Positions 23,985-36,438 of a stretch of DNA of 64,000 nucleotides are shown one piece after another; the stretch's first letter is position 1; each line of letters begins with the position of its first letter. Under the pieces are notes generated by a model. It made no database searches. It saw only the letters and a list, made by a program, of their open reading frames with translations, and had not been told where the DNA came from. This stretch comes from Azolla caroliniana (Eukaryota; Plantae; Polypodiophyta): assembly GCA_043228905.1 (NCBI GenBank), contig JBHGNT010000003.1:2728001-2792000 (forward strand). The letters run 5' to 3'. A program made the position numbers and the translations under genes.

Positions 23985-24150
23985 TCCTCATCGGGTCTGC
24001 ACCATCCGGCTCTCCGTAGCCGGGTACTCCTCATCCGGTTCTCACCGGGTCTGCACCATCCGGCTCTTTGTAGCCGGGTACTCCTCATCTGGTTCTCACC
24101 GGGTCTGCACCATCCAGCTCTCCGTAGCCGGGTACTCCTCATCCGGTTTC
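23985..24150. repeat. 54-bp CCGG-rich tandem repeat (about 3 copies) in both LTRs of the nested Copia (second array about 28790-28955)
   Basis: Unit CTCACCGGGTCTGCACCATCCGGCTCTCCGTAGCCGGGTACTCCTCATCCGGTT. Confidence 0.9.
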
Positions 24151-24244
24151 GGCATCGGCCTATCGGCCTCGACCGAGTATGATCATCAGCACTCTTCTTC
24201 TCTCTTCTCATCCGGAGCGACCTATCTCCCAACAAACTCCCCCT

Positions 24245-27200
24245 TCACTCCGGCATGGGGTGTCTTACTAGTCCCATCCTCTTCCGGCATGCATCCAGCT
24301 TGTCGGGTATCAGCAATTTGGTCAGCATATCTGACCCGTTCTCGGCCGTGTGGATCTTCGTCAGTGCGAACTCCTGGTCATCTACTCTTTCCTGGATCCA
24401 GTGATACCTTCGCTGGATATGCTTCGTCCGGGAATGGTAGGCCGCATTCTTAGCAAGATGGATGGCACTTTGACTGTGGCAATAAAGTCGGTATTCATCT
24501 TGCTGGATACCGAGCTCTCCGATGAAGTCCTTCATCCATAATATTTCCTTGCCGGCTTCCACAGCCACCATGTACTCTGCCTCCGTGGTTGACAACGCAA
24601 CTGTCTTCTGCAACCTCGACTGCCACGAAACAGCTCCCCCTGCATATGTCATTACATACCCGGATGTAGACCGGCTGGTATCCTCATCAGCCGACATGTC
24701 CGAATCGGTGAAACCGTCAAGTTGAGGTTTTCCGGAGCCGAATCAGAGACACATATTTGAAGTGCCCTTCAAATACCGGAGTATCCATTTGACCGCGTTC
24801 CAATGCTCCTTGCTGGGATTGCTCATAAACCGGCTCACCACTCCGACTGCGTATCCTATATCTGGTCGGGTACACACCATTGCGTACATTAACCTCCCGA
24901 CGGCAGAGGCATATGGAATCTTCATCATATCCGCCTTCTCTGCTTTCGTCTTCTGGCTTTGCTTACCGGATAACCTGCAGTTTGCCGGAAGTGTCGATCC
25001 GACCGGTTTCACATCTGACATGTTGAACCGGTGAAGCACCTTTGTCACGTACTTCTCCTATGACAGCCACAATTGCGTCATTGGCCGGTTCCGGATGATA
25101 TGCATCCCCAACATCTGTCTTGCCGGACCCAAGTCTTTCATTGAGAAGGTCCGGTTGAGAGCCTTCTTCAGCATCCGTATTTTGACTTGGTCCCGTCCGA
25201 CGATCAACATGTCATCCACGTACAGAAGGAGTATCAGGAAGTCGCCTCCTTCGAACTTCTTCACAAACACGCAATGATTGGCTTGCATCTTGTGGTACCC
25301 TTGATCGGTCATGAAGGAATCGATTTTCCGGTACCATTGTCCGGGAGCCTGCTTTAGTCCGTACAGGCTATTCTTCAGCCGGCATACTAGGTGCTCCTTC
25401 CCTTTCTCCACAAATCCCTCCGGTTGCTGCATGTACATCTCCTCTTCGAGGTCGCTGTGAAGGAATGTCGTCTTCACGTCCAGCTGTTCTACCTCGAGGT
25501 CCATGCTTGCCGCTATACTCAGCACCGTCCTGATGGAGGTCATCTTTACTACCGGGGCAAATATCTCGTCAAAATCCACGCCCTTTTTCTGCTGGAACCC
25601 CTTCACCACGATCCTGGCTTTGTATCTCGGGGGGTTGTCGGCATCTCCCGGTTTCAACTTGTATACCCACTTGTTTCGGAGTGCCCGCTTTCCTTTCGGC
25701 AACTCCACCAATTCATACGTATGGTTCTCATGCAGGGAATCCATCTCATCCTGCATGACACTTAACCATTTGCGGCTGTGGGTGTCATCCTTCGCTTCTT
25801 CGAAGCTTTCCGGCTCCCCCTCATCGGTCAGCAGAACATGCTCTGTATCTGGAAATCTCCGGGGCGCCCTTCTCTCTCTAAGAAGATATCTCCGTCTTCT
25901 GGCTTCGGTAACCGGCTCCTCCATTTGCTCTTCATCCGAATCCGATTCGGGGTCTTGGCGGGTTCCGGTTTCAGCTTCCTCTACTTCTTCTTCTGCCGGT
26001 TCGGTATTCTCACTGTAACCGGCTGGTTCCTCGAGTGTTAACCAGCCTCTTGCCGGTTGGGTCCGCTCATCGTAGAATCGATCATTACCGGTCGACTCGG
26101 AGTTCATTATCTTCTTCTCCGACTCCCAGTCGGCGAGCGTCTTGTCCTCCATGAAGATAATATCTCGACTCCGGAATACCTTCTTGTCGACCAGGTCCCA
26201 CACTCGGTAGCCAAACTCATCGTCGCCGTAACCGAGGAATATGTATGGTCGGGTCTTTGGATCAATCTTTCCTCTCCGGTCCTTAGCTACATGCACGTAC
26301 GCGAGACACCCGAATACCTTCAGATGCCGGTAGGATACTTCCTTACCGGTCCAGACTCTCTGTGGCGTGTCTCCGTCCAAGGGTACTAAGGGTGATCTGT
26401 TTATCACATATGTCGCCGTCAACAGTGCCTTAGCCCAAAACTTCTTGGGTAGTTTTGCATGCGCCAGCATACTCCGGACCCTCTCCATTATGGTCTGGTT
26501 CATCCTCTCGGCCAGCCCGTTTAGTTCCGGCGTCTTCGGCACGGTAAATTCGAGCTGGATTCCCTTCGAGCGATAGTACTCCTCGAACTGCCCCCGGTAT
26601 TCACCTCCGTTATCTGCTCGAACCGCCTTTAGCTTCCGGCCGGTTTCTCTTTCCACTCTCACGTGGAGCTCTTTGAAGACGGATAACACCTGATCCTTCG
26701 TCTTCAACAGTGTGGCCCACACCTTCCGGCTGTGGTCATCTATGAACGTCACGAAGTACTGTGATCCTGCATGTGACTTCGTGTCCACTTGACACACATC
26801 AATATGCACCAACTCCAGTGGTGCATTACGTCTCATCGGTGGCCTTGGTCGAAAGGAGGTCCGGTTTTGTTTACCGGCCGGACAGTCAGTACACTTCTCC
26901 AAGTGCACGTTCTTCACTGGAATGAGGTTGTCGTCTGCAAGCCTCTTCATCCCCTTCTCGCTCATGTGACACAGCCTTTTGTGCCACAGCTCACCGGTAG
27001 TGTCGGATGCCATGTTCACTTCCTCCGGACATAACCGGGCATTCATCAGGTACAACGTGTTTACCTTCCGGGTCCAAGCCAGAATCAGGCTCCCTTTGTT
27101 GAACTTCATAACACCGTTCCGGATGCTACCCGTGTAATCTTCATCATCTAGCCGACCGGCTGATATCAGGTTCAGACGAACCTCCGAAATGTGTCGAACA

Positions 27201-28290
27201 TCCTTCACTAGCATCTTGCATCCAGTTGTTGTTGACAGCCATACTTCTCCTATGCCGACAATTTGGCATGTACCTTCATTCCCTATCCGAACACAGCCGT
27301 GATCAACGGCTAAGTAGGATAAGAAGCATTTCCGAACCGGGGTAAGGTGGAACGACGCTCCAATGTCGACCACCCAGGTCATCTCGTCGCCGGCAAGGTT
27401 TATCTCACTCTCCTCGGTCATGAGCATCAACTCTTCTTCACTTGCCATGATTGTCGTCGTCCCCTTCCGGTCCGTTCCCCTCCGGTCTTTACCGTTCCAG
27501 TCTGGTATTCGCTTCGAATCGGTACCGTCGGTTTCCTTGTCCTTTCGGAAATGCCGACAATTCTTTTGGAAGTGTCCCGGTTGCCGCAATAGAAGCAAGT
27601 AGGTCTCCCCCTTGACTTTGACCGTGTCCCCGACTTTTCCCGGTTCTAGGGACTACGGTTTCTTTGTCTTCCGCGTTCCGATTCGGTAAGTAGCGCTTTG
27701 GAGTCGGAGCTTGTATCTTTATCTTTCTGACGCGCCTCTTCATCTAGCAAGCTCGACTTTACTCTTGCTAGGGATAACCGTTTCCCTTCCGGCCCGGCGT
27801 TGCCCAAGGTGACAACCAACGTCTCCCAACTATCTGGGAGGGAACCGAGCAGGAGTACTGCTAGTACCTCATCGGCGAGAGGTACCTCCAATGATGTTGC
27901 CTGGTGGATCAGCCCCTGGAAGGCATTCATGTGCTCCGCCATGCTGGAGCCATCTTGGTACCGGAGTCTTACTAGCTTCCGGAATACCGAAACTTGATTA
28001 ACAGCATTTTTGTTTTGAAACATAATGTTGATCTTCTCCTAGATCTCATGAGCCTTGCTCTCTTCATTGAAGTTGTTGTACAGGCTCATGTCGATGAAGC
28101 ACCGTATGTACGACGTTGTCTTCATGTGCATCACCTCCCATATCGCGGCGTCGATTTTATCCGGTCTCTTGTTCCCGAACTGAACAGGCAGCCAGAGGTC
28201 TTTAACCACGAGCATGTCCCTAATCTTCGACTTCCACACCGAATAGTTGGAGCCGGTGAGCTTGAAAATGCCTCCCAACGAATCGTCCAT
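24245..28290 (-). pseudogene. Copia gag-pol polyprotein with a few disruptions
   Basis: ORFs 28039-28290, 27646-28023, 25058-27598, 24743-25048 and 24245-24697; integrase ADNGGEY, RT LYVDD, RNaseH. Confidence 0.93.
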
Positions 28291-29465
28291 TTTCTATGTC
28301 GTTTTGCTCTGATACCACTTGACAGGAACTGCACGCTCCCTATACGCAACGCTCGGCCAAAACCGAGCTTACAATCATACACAGAAAACGGGAAATAAAG
28401 AATGCACGAAATGAAGAAGAGAAGAGTACACATGATGTTTACGTGGAAAACCCAAACTAAGGGAAAAAACCACGGCAGCCCACAGGCTACAAACTGTCAC
28501 TATGTTAGAATGTACAACACTGAGTTCACGGAGGCAACGACCTCGTGTTCACGATCTTCGCCACAGGCGGCGGTTACAACTAAGGGACCGACCTCTTCCT
28601 CTCTCTCACTCTCTCTGTACACAGTTACGCGCTCTGAGCTCACGCAGACAAGAATAACAACAACAACATCAAAAGGTTTGCCCTAAGTCATATTTATACT
28701 AATATGACTTTTCGGCTATTTACAAATACAGCCATGATGGACTCTCAGAAACATATTTACAAATATGTCTCTTCATCCGATGAGCACTTCTCACCGGGTC
28801 TGCACCATCCGGCTCTCCGTAGCCAGGTACTCCTCATCCAGTTCTCACCGGTTCTGCACCATTCGGCTCTCCGTAGTCAGGTAGTCCTCACCCGGTTCTC
28901 ACCGGGTCTGCACCATCCGGCTCTCCGTAGCCGGGTACTCCTCATCCGGTTTCGGCATCAGCCTATCGGCCTTGGCCGAGTATGATCATCAGCACTGTTA
29001 TTCTCTCTTCCCATCCGGAGGGACCTGTCTCCCAACACAATCCAGACAACCAACAACCATAGAAACATGATTATTGTTGTACAATCCCCTCTTATAAAGC
29101 AAATGCTCCCCAATATCTACAATGCCTCCTTTAGTCCCAGTAAATGTTATTTATCATAGTTATTCTATAAGTATAATAAATTCAAAAAGTGATTGGCAAT
29201 AGCAAACATGGAACTAAGTTTTATAAACACAATTGATGGGTAAATATGAAGAATGAACATACATTTTCTTGGATCTTAACTATATACTTAGATGATAGTC
29301 CAAATTTAATAAATATGTGCCACAAGATATAAACATAGCAACACATTAATTAAAACATAATATACCACTAGATAAACAAGTAAATTGGATCATATTAGGA
29401 GATAGAATTGATTAAAAGATCTTGATCAGAAGTAAATACATTAAAAGTTTTTTTATACACTCTAA

Positions 29466-32400
29466 CTACATCGCTCGGAGAGTATCCATATCATTGGATT
29501 CATCATCAATCGGTGAACTATCATCCACTTTTAGCACAGTAATATCCACTCCAGATAGACTCGCTACCGTGGGGTCCTCCGTTAAGTCATCGTCAAGCTC
29601 TACGAGTTCCCCAGGTTCACCAGCCAAAGGAGGAATCGGCTCATGGGAGGCAGGCTGAAAACATTCAGTATCTGCCATATGTTTGGCCCCAACCTCCTCA
29701 TCTTGATCGGGGCATTCCCAAAGCGCGTGAAGCCTCATGTTGATGAAGCTCACCTGCTCCTCATCTTTCTCCAATGCGACCGAATTTCGGAAAAGCTTGA
29801 AAGCACATGCCGAAGGGGTGCCTAAACACCATATATAAGAAATAATGAGTATTATCATAGGTCTAAATATAAATAAAACCTTCAACACATTGGGAAAATT
29901 ATTCGACCATTTACTTGTGCCAGAAAACAAGTCCAATATCCAGTCATCTTCATTCAAAAACATCTCCACAAGGCGCATCATTAAACATTGGGGCTTTTGG
30001 TAGGGATTCACAAGCCCACGCTCAGTCATGGTCACATGTCGAAGCTTCCGTGTCACGGCTGGATATACGAGCAGGTTTGAGCATCCGACCTCATTCGAAT
30101 GTTCCTTGATTCTTTGCTTCTTGATCTCGTTAGAATAACCAACTGTTATATATTCCATTGCGTTGACGAACCAAAACGTCGGTCCCCTATTTACGTTGGT
30201 TTTAATCCTGACCATTCAAAAAAAAGTTATAAGCAGTTGAAATTGTAATATATAATTCCTATTGAGATACAGTGCTTTCGATGAAATCCTTACCAAGCAA
30301 GGTTCTCAATTCCATGGCAACGAGATCTCAACGCTTGAGCCACGGAATATCCCTGATCCATGCTATGAAATATTACAATTCTCCACAAGGAAGCGGTGGT
30401 CAAGTCGGCGAAATCTTTTACCATTTTTTCCAACTACTTGAACCTAAAAGGTTCGTCATCGTATATCGAACCAGCCATACGAAAACCGTATGGAATATCA
30501 GCTACCATTAACGTATACTCTTTCTTTGGCAGCTTCTAGATCATGTTAGCAACATCCCCACAATAAACATTGTAGTACAGATCTCTGGTGATGTCTTTTT
30601 TGTGGCTAAACTTCTTGAAGGTGTCGTCATCTTCCACCTCAATCGCCCTTACCAAGCATCGATCCTTCTCTTTTCTGGCCCTTTCAAGATGCGCAAGAAA
30701 TGATGTTGGAAAGTCATGTATATCCTTTATTTCACCAGGTCTCTTACTCCGACATTGTTTCTAAAAAAAATAAAACATCAACAAAGTTGTAGTGATACAC
30801 GGGATGGACCACCACAAATCGATCAAACAAAGAGTTATACTCACCCAATCCTTAAATGCAATGAAAAATTCCGATAACGCCTTGTACGAAGACGTTATCG
30901 GATATTCTTCAGTCACTTGTTCCCACGATAAGCAACCTCGTTGCTTCATCATCATTTCTTGTATTTTCATATAGACTTTGTGGCTGAAAATTTATAAACC
31001 AACATTAAAAATTCATTTCTTAAAACAAGATAAACCATAAAAAATTTAGTAAGACCTTACTTGTTGAACTCTGTAACCATTTCCTCTAGGCTCAGCTCCT
31101 TCGCTACAACTCTTGAAAGCACAGATATAAGAAGTTGCTCATCTTTGATCCCTTGCATTGCCCTCCAAAAGGACAACTTCATATCATCTGCCACTTCTTG
31201 AATGGTAAGCTCTATCTTCTTCGCAGCTGAGCTCTTCAATTCTAATGGAGGGTCAACTTTCGACTTCTTCTGTCTTTGTGCCTTCACTTCCTTATACTCC
31301 CACATCGTAAATATTTGATCTTGGAGTTGCCAGACTCCTCCATCCCTAAATGCGTGTTGAAACCACGGCTCATACTTTCTGATTCCATTAGACTTCACCG
31401 CATCGTCCAACACAATTCCCACTTCGTGGAGACATTGACGTCGTCGAGCTGGATATAATTTCGCTCCATATTTGGTTTTCCCGTCGAGGTACTCGTCGTG
31501 AACAAATCTAATGCGTTCGATGGAGGATGTATCTTCTACCGGTAGTCATTGTCATTATTGTGGTCCCATGCTAACAACTTCGCCTCCTCAATTGTTAACC
31601 CCAGATAAATTTTGCATTCCGCATATTTGAAGAAGAACATTGTGGGGTGCTCGCGGACTAATTGTCGTCTGGCCTCCGCCGAGTGAGATCCTCCAATCAC
31701 AAAATAATTGTATTGGTCGTGCTTCTTAATATCAAAATCCTCTAGCTTAGAGCACTCAAGAGGATCCAACATTACAATAAAAGGCACGACCGTTGCATGA
31801 GTGTTGATTTTCATATTATTCTTTAAATTTTGGACGTGCAACTTATGTGGTTCCCTGATCTCCAAAGGGCGACGTACTGTATTCTCATCCACTAGGGAGC
31901 GATGAATATGGGTTATCGGAAGGTTAAAAACTTGACCCTTCCGCACAAGTTTTCTATGTATTAAGTTCCTTTTAATTTTATTTTGTTCTGATGAGAACAC
32001 AATAGATGCCAACTCTGCTCCTGTTGTAGCTTGAGCCTCTTCATCCTCTGTTGAACTCGATGACTCAGAATCTAACATTCTCATCACCTTCTTTTTTGAG
32101 GTCCTGGACTGCACTGCAGATTTCCTTATTGGTGCTTTTTTGGGCGATAAGGAGGTTGTCTTCAAATTAACATGACCTTCAATATATGGCCTCAGTGTTG
32201 TTATTAAGTTAGTACTTGTCTCAATAGCATGTCGGAAGGATTCTAGCCTGCATAAATCCTTCAACAAGTAGTCTTAAGAGACCATCATCTATCAGACTCC
32301 TTTTGTACAGTTGACTAATACAATCAAATTAGTTAAGTCTACATCTTCATAGTTCAGCCGCAAGATTTTGCCATAGCTAAATGCACGATCTTGAGCAAGC

Positions 32401-33812
32401 CTACCACGCACGTCCAGCCAGTTTGGTAACTAACAATACTACTTTCTTTTTCGAGTCTACATATTGCATTGCCCACTCATATCCAGTTAAGTCTATATCT
32501 AACTGGTCGTCACTTCCTCCAACCGCAGTAGATGTTTTCTGACTAACCTCGTCAGACGGCAGCGTCACGACTTTGTCTTCAAACATGAGTTTCTTTCCCT
32601 TTTGTGGATATGACACAATAGGGATCTTTGTGTTGTCTAGAGGTGAGCTTTGATACTTAATCCGAATTCAGCTGAGTGGCCTCTCCTCCTTAGTGTCAGC
32701 CAACCTGCATAAAATAACACAACAAGTGAACCTAAACCTATAAACTCTCAAATTATGGGGTGACAAATTATATACAGTATGTAGATTGGTAGTTTGGAAA
32801 GTCAAATTAGCAATCCAATATACTTATGGATGTGGAACCTAGGGACTGGACAGAGGAAAATGTATATTTAACATCTCATAGTCCAACGGACACTAAAATC
32901 AGTAAGATTTTGGTATCCCCAACAGTACCTAAATATCAACTGTATTGACCCAATTTGACTGTATTTTGACCTAATTTAGAATTGTTGAACCTTTTTTACT
33001 ACTTATTTTTTGTCTAATATGTGTTATGACCCCCAACTCGATACGGCGTATCGAGTTTAAGTCTTGGGAACCACAACTCGATACGTCGTATCGAGTTAAG
33101 GCCCCCGCGTATTGAGTTTTACCACTGGGAGCCACAACTTGATACGGCGTATCGAGTTAAGACACCCAACTCGTTACGCCGTATCAAGTTTTAGCCCTGG
33201 GAGCCACAACACATTATGTTGTAACGAGTTAAGTCCCCACGTATCGAGTTTTAGCCCTAGGAGCCACAACTCGATGCACCGTATCGAGCCGAAACGAGTT
33301 GGGAGGCATTACTCGATACACCGTATCGAGTTATGTCCCCCAACTCGATACGCCGTATCGAGTCATGTTAAGACATTAGATACGGTGTATCGAGTTGTAG
33401 CCCTAGGAGCCACATCTCGATACGGTGTATCGAGTTATGTCCCACAACTCGATGAGCCATATCAAGTTGTAGCTCTAGGAGGAGCAACTCGATACGGCGT
33501 ATCAAGATATGTCACCCAACTCGATACGGCGTATCAAGATATGTCCCCCAACTCGATACGGCGTATTGAGTTGTAGCCCTAGGAGGCATAACGTAATACG
33601 CCGTAACGAGTTGGCGAACATAACTCGATACGCCATATCGAGTTGGGAGTCTTACCTCGCTACAATGTATCTAGTTCTAGCCTTAAGAGGCACTGGATAT
33701 GGCGTAACGAGTTCTAATACGAAATAAAAAACATGTAGATGGTCATGTGTCCGTGTAGTTTAGGGTTTGGATCCTAACTGCTGTCAGAACGAGCAATCTT
33801 TTTGCTCGACAT
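29466..33812 (-). pseudogene. ParB-like + beta-class DNA methyltransferase fusion, copy 2 (disrupted)
   Basis: Exon 1 MSSKKIARSDS (ATG 33812) is homologous to copy 1 MSSKRIEREDS; YFVIGGSHSAEARR; ADIPYG at about 30485-30502; PYQKPQCLMMRLVEMFLNEDDWILDLFSGT; introns at equivalent positions. Confidence 0.83.
33035..33715. repeat. Array of the same 23-bp palindrome (about 20 full, half or degenerate copies; mostly 32- and 40-bp periods) in intron 1 of copy 2
   Basis: AACTCGATACGGCGTATCGAGTT or close variants at 33035, 33075, 33136, 33168, 33342, 33486, 33518, 33550, 33622 and others. Confidence 0.93.
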
Positions 33813-34393
33813 GATGATGGTGTCAGTTCGGGGATGCGTGAGGTATCTTGGGAGTTCTCGGGTCTGTGCTTTGGCGCTCTGGGCAGTGGTTACGCTCAAC
33901 TGTGGGGAATGAAAAAGAGAGGTCGGTTTTATTTATGGGAGGGGAAGGGACCATAGTTAAAAAAGTAACCTCAGTTAGAATTAAATGCCAATAGTACCTT
34001 TAGTTATTTATCTTAGAATATGATCTAGTAGTTATGATTTCATAATTATGTGTATTATGATTTAGTACCTATTATAAGCTAGCACTTATTATAATTTAAT
34101 ACATGTGCAAGGTCAGTCCTATGATTGAGTATACTTATCTACATTTATGGTAGTGTAATGATTTTGATTTTGAGAACATTCACTAATTGGGTGAGGATAG
34201 TGGTATTATGCAATTATGTGACGTGTACACGGGATCAATTTTTATTTATAACTAATAGAAATATAGAAAAAATTATATAATAAAATATACAAAATACATA
34301 TATACTTCCTTCGAACTGTATTTGTAGTTTAAGTATGTCTTACAATATGTATGCTTAGGGAGTGAAATATAAAGGATATTAGAACCTCAAATA

Positions 34394-36301
34394 ATGGGAA
34401 ATAATTCACCCTTTTCTATCGAGGAATATCAACTGTCATCGGATTCCTCACCTTCTCTAGGGTTTTCGGTAGAAGAATACCATTGGTCTCAAGATTCTAA
34501 TTTCTCCGTTGAGGAGAATATAATCTCTGACAGTCCAGTCAATACAACAAGATGCCTTGAATTCTCAATTGAAGAGTATGACCCATACGCGGACTCGGGT
34601 CAGAATGTAGGTGATTGTCAAAGTCCCGAAAGTATTTCTACCCAGCAACAGAGAACAAATGTGCGCCAAGAGGAGGACACACCAATATCATCTAAGGATG
34701 ACAATAAGTTAGTGAGCCCCTTATTTTTCAAAAGGGTCTCCTCATTCTCAAGATGTATTAGTCGAGAAAGATTTGCTTTAGTGACATCTAAGGCCCAACT
34801 TACCGTAGATGATAAAAAGACATGCTGCGCTCCTGGGTGTATGGCGATTATTGGAAAGCAAAACTTGCAGTCTTTGAGAAGTTACTATTTTTCATTCAAT
34901 GGTGATGAACAAGACACCTATCTTATGACACACTTACAGATGGTATCAGACAAAGCCTCAGATATCTCGATCTCTTTCGAGTATTACCTTCTTACGGCAC
35001 GACAATGTTATAGAGTGGCATTCAAGATCACACTTTGTGTTAGCAACATGAGATTACATAGAGTGCAACAGAGAGTTTTAAATGGCAACAATCCATTGAA
35101 GATGATAATTTGCCAAGTATGAAGGGTGCATCAGGTAGAAATGCGATCTCCTGGATGAAGACATACTTCAAGTTCAATTGTGAGATAATGCCAACTACCG
35201 ATAGGTTGCATCTCTCTGACAATTATACACGTCGAGAAGTTTATGATTCCTATAGATTGGAAATGTCAACTTGTTGCGACAAGTATGTCACCTACAATCA
35301 GTTCACAAGGTTGTGGACATTGCACTTTAGTAATCTTATTATACCTCGTAAAGTACGTATGCGGTATTGTTCAGTATGTGCAAACCTAAAGAGCATGTGT
35401 AAAGGGGCGAAGATAGCGACAGAGAAGGAGCTAAACAAGAAATTGTTACAAGATCACCGAGAAGCCCAAGTATTAGAGCGAAAAAGAGCTATGCACCATA
35501 GGGAAAAGTCGATAAACAATCCAACTAAGTACATGTGTTTAATGATAGATGGAATGGAGCAAAAGAAGACGTGTCTACCTCATCTTAAACGTCTTCCTAA
35601 AGATGTCAACGACGATTGTCTCGTGCAGATGCACTTGGTGGGTTGTTTAGCCTATAATGGAAGTGTGAAGCCTCATGTCTTCGTCACCTACCCAGATGTC
35701 CACAATGACCCTAATTTAACAGTCACTGTGAATTCAAAAAGTATTGATGTCTTGGGGGCAATCTTTGCCGCCGATTTTATATATTCAACTAGACAATACT
35801 GCTCGGGAAAACAAAAATTCTACGATGTTTGGTTATCTAAGTATGCTGGTGAACCAAGGAATTTTTAGGAAAGTGAAAGTTAACTTTCTATTGGTTGGTC
35901 ACACACATGACCATATCGATCAGATGTTCACTAACTTCTCTAGGCAGTTATCACGATATGATGCTTTTACGTTACCTAAGTTGTTCAACATCATTCGTGA
36001 TGCATATATGCCACGCCCAATCGTGGAACACTTGAAGGAAATATATGATTTCAAGAGATACATATTAGATGGTGGTGAGCGAAATGCCAAAGTGTTAGTG
36101 CCCTTAAATAATATAAGTTTCAACCACATATTCTTAATAAATAAAAATGATCATAGTGGTTGTACATTATTATATGCAAAGCAGTATTCATCCTCCCCCC
36201 AATGGGAGCCTGAAGGCGGGTGTCAGTTTCTACTTCATATACCTTCCACTTTTGTTTATGGTGCAGGACAAATGCCGATTGAGACTAAGAAAGTTTTCTA
36301 A
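34394..36301 (+). pseudogene. Sola-like transposase, copy 2 (frameshifted, C-terminal third missing)
   Basis: ORFs 34394-35122, 35110-35868 and 35744-36301 align with copy 1 (QLDNTARENKN, GHTHDHIDQMF); ends near QMPI, shortly before the right end. Confidence 0.82.
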
Positions 36302-36438
36302 CGACATTTTGAGAACATGTGATACTGGTATCATTACGTTTTGTGAATAGAGTATATAAACCCCAAAATTTGAGGGAATATTCCTTATCCTTCCATTTTT
36401 GCGCGATACTTCCATTTCTGAACGCGAACATGTTCTCT

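Larger units (their letters stand above)
23518..29037 (-). mobile_element. Full-length Ty1/Copia (Tnt1/Tork-like) nested in transposon copy 2
   Basis: LTRs 23518-24234 and 28320-29037 (TG..CA); PBS TGGTATCAGAGC 28306-28317; PPT about 24235-24245; TSD CAGTC/CAATC. Confidence 0.95.
22770..36434 (+). mobile_element. TIR DNA transposon copy 2 (diverged relative of copy 1) containing a nested Copia
   Basis: 35-bp TIRs 22770-22804 and 36400-36434 (4 mismatches); TSD CTCT at 22766-22769 and 36435-36438; same gene order as copy 1. Confidence 0.93.

Noticed and set aside
23600-24453. Short ORFs in the Copia LTRs (also 28402-28985)
   Set aside because: They arise from LTR sequence and 54-bp repeats, with no protein motifs.
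33112-33727. ORFs 33112-33576 and 33509-33727 as genes
   Set aside because: They are translations of the palindrome array.
22770-36434. Copy 2 as a segmental duplication of copy 1
   Set aside because: Different TSDs, different host elements and strong sequence divergence indicate independent insertions.
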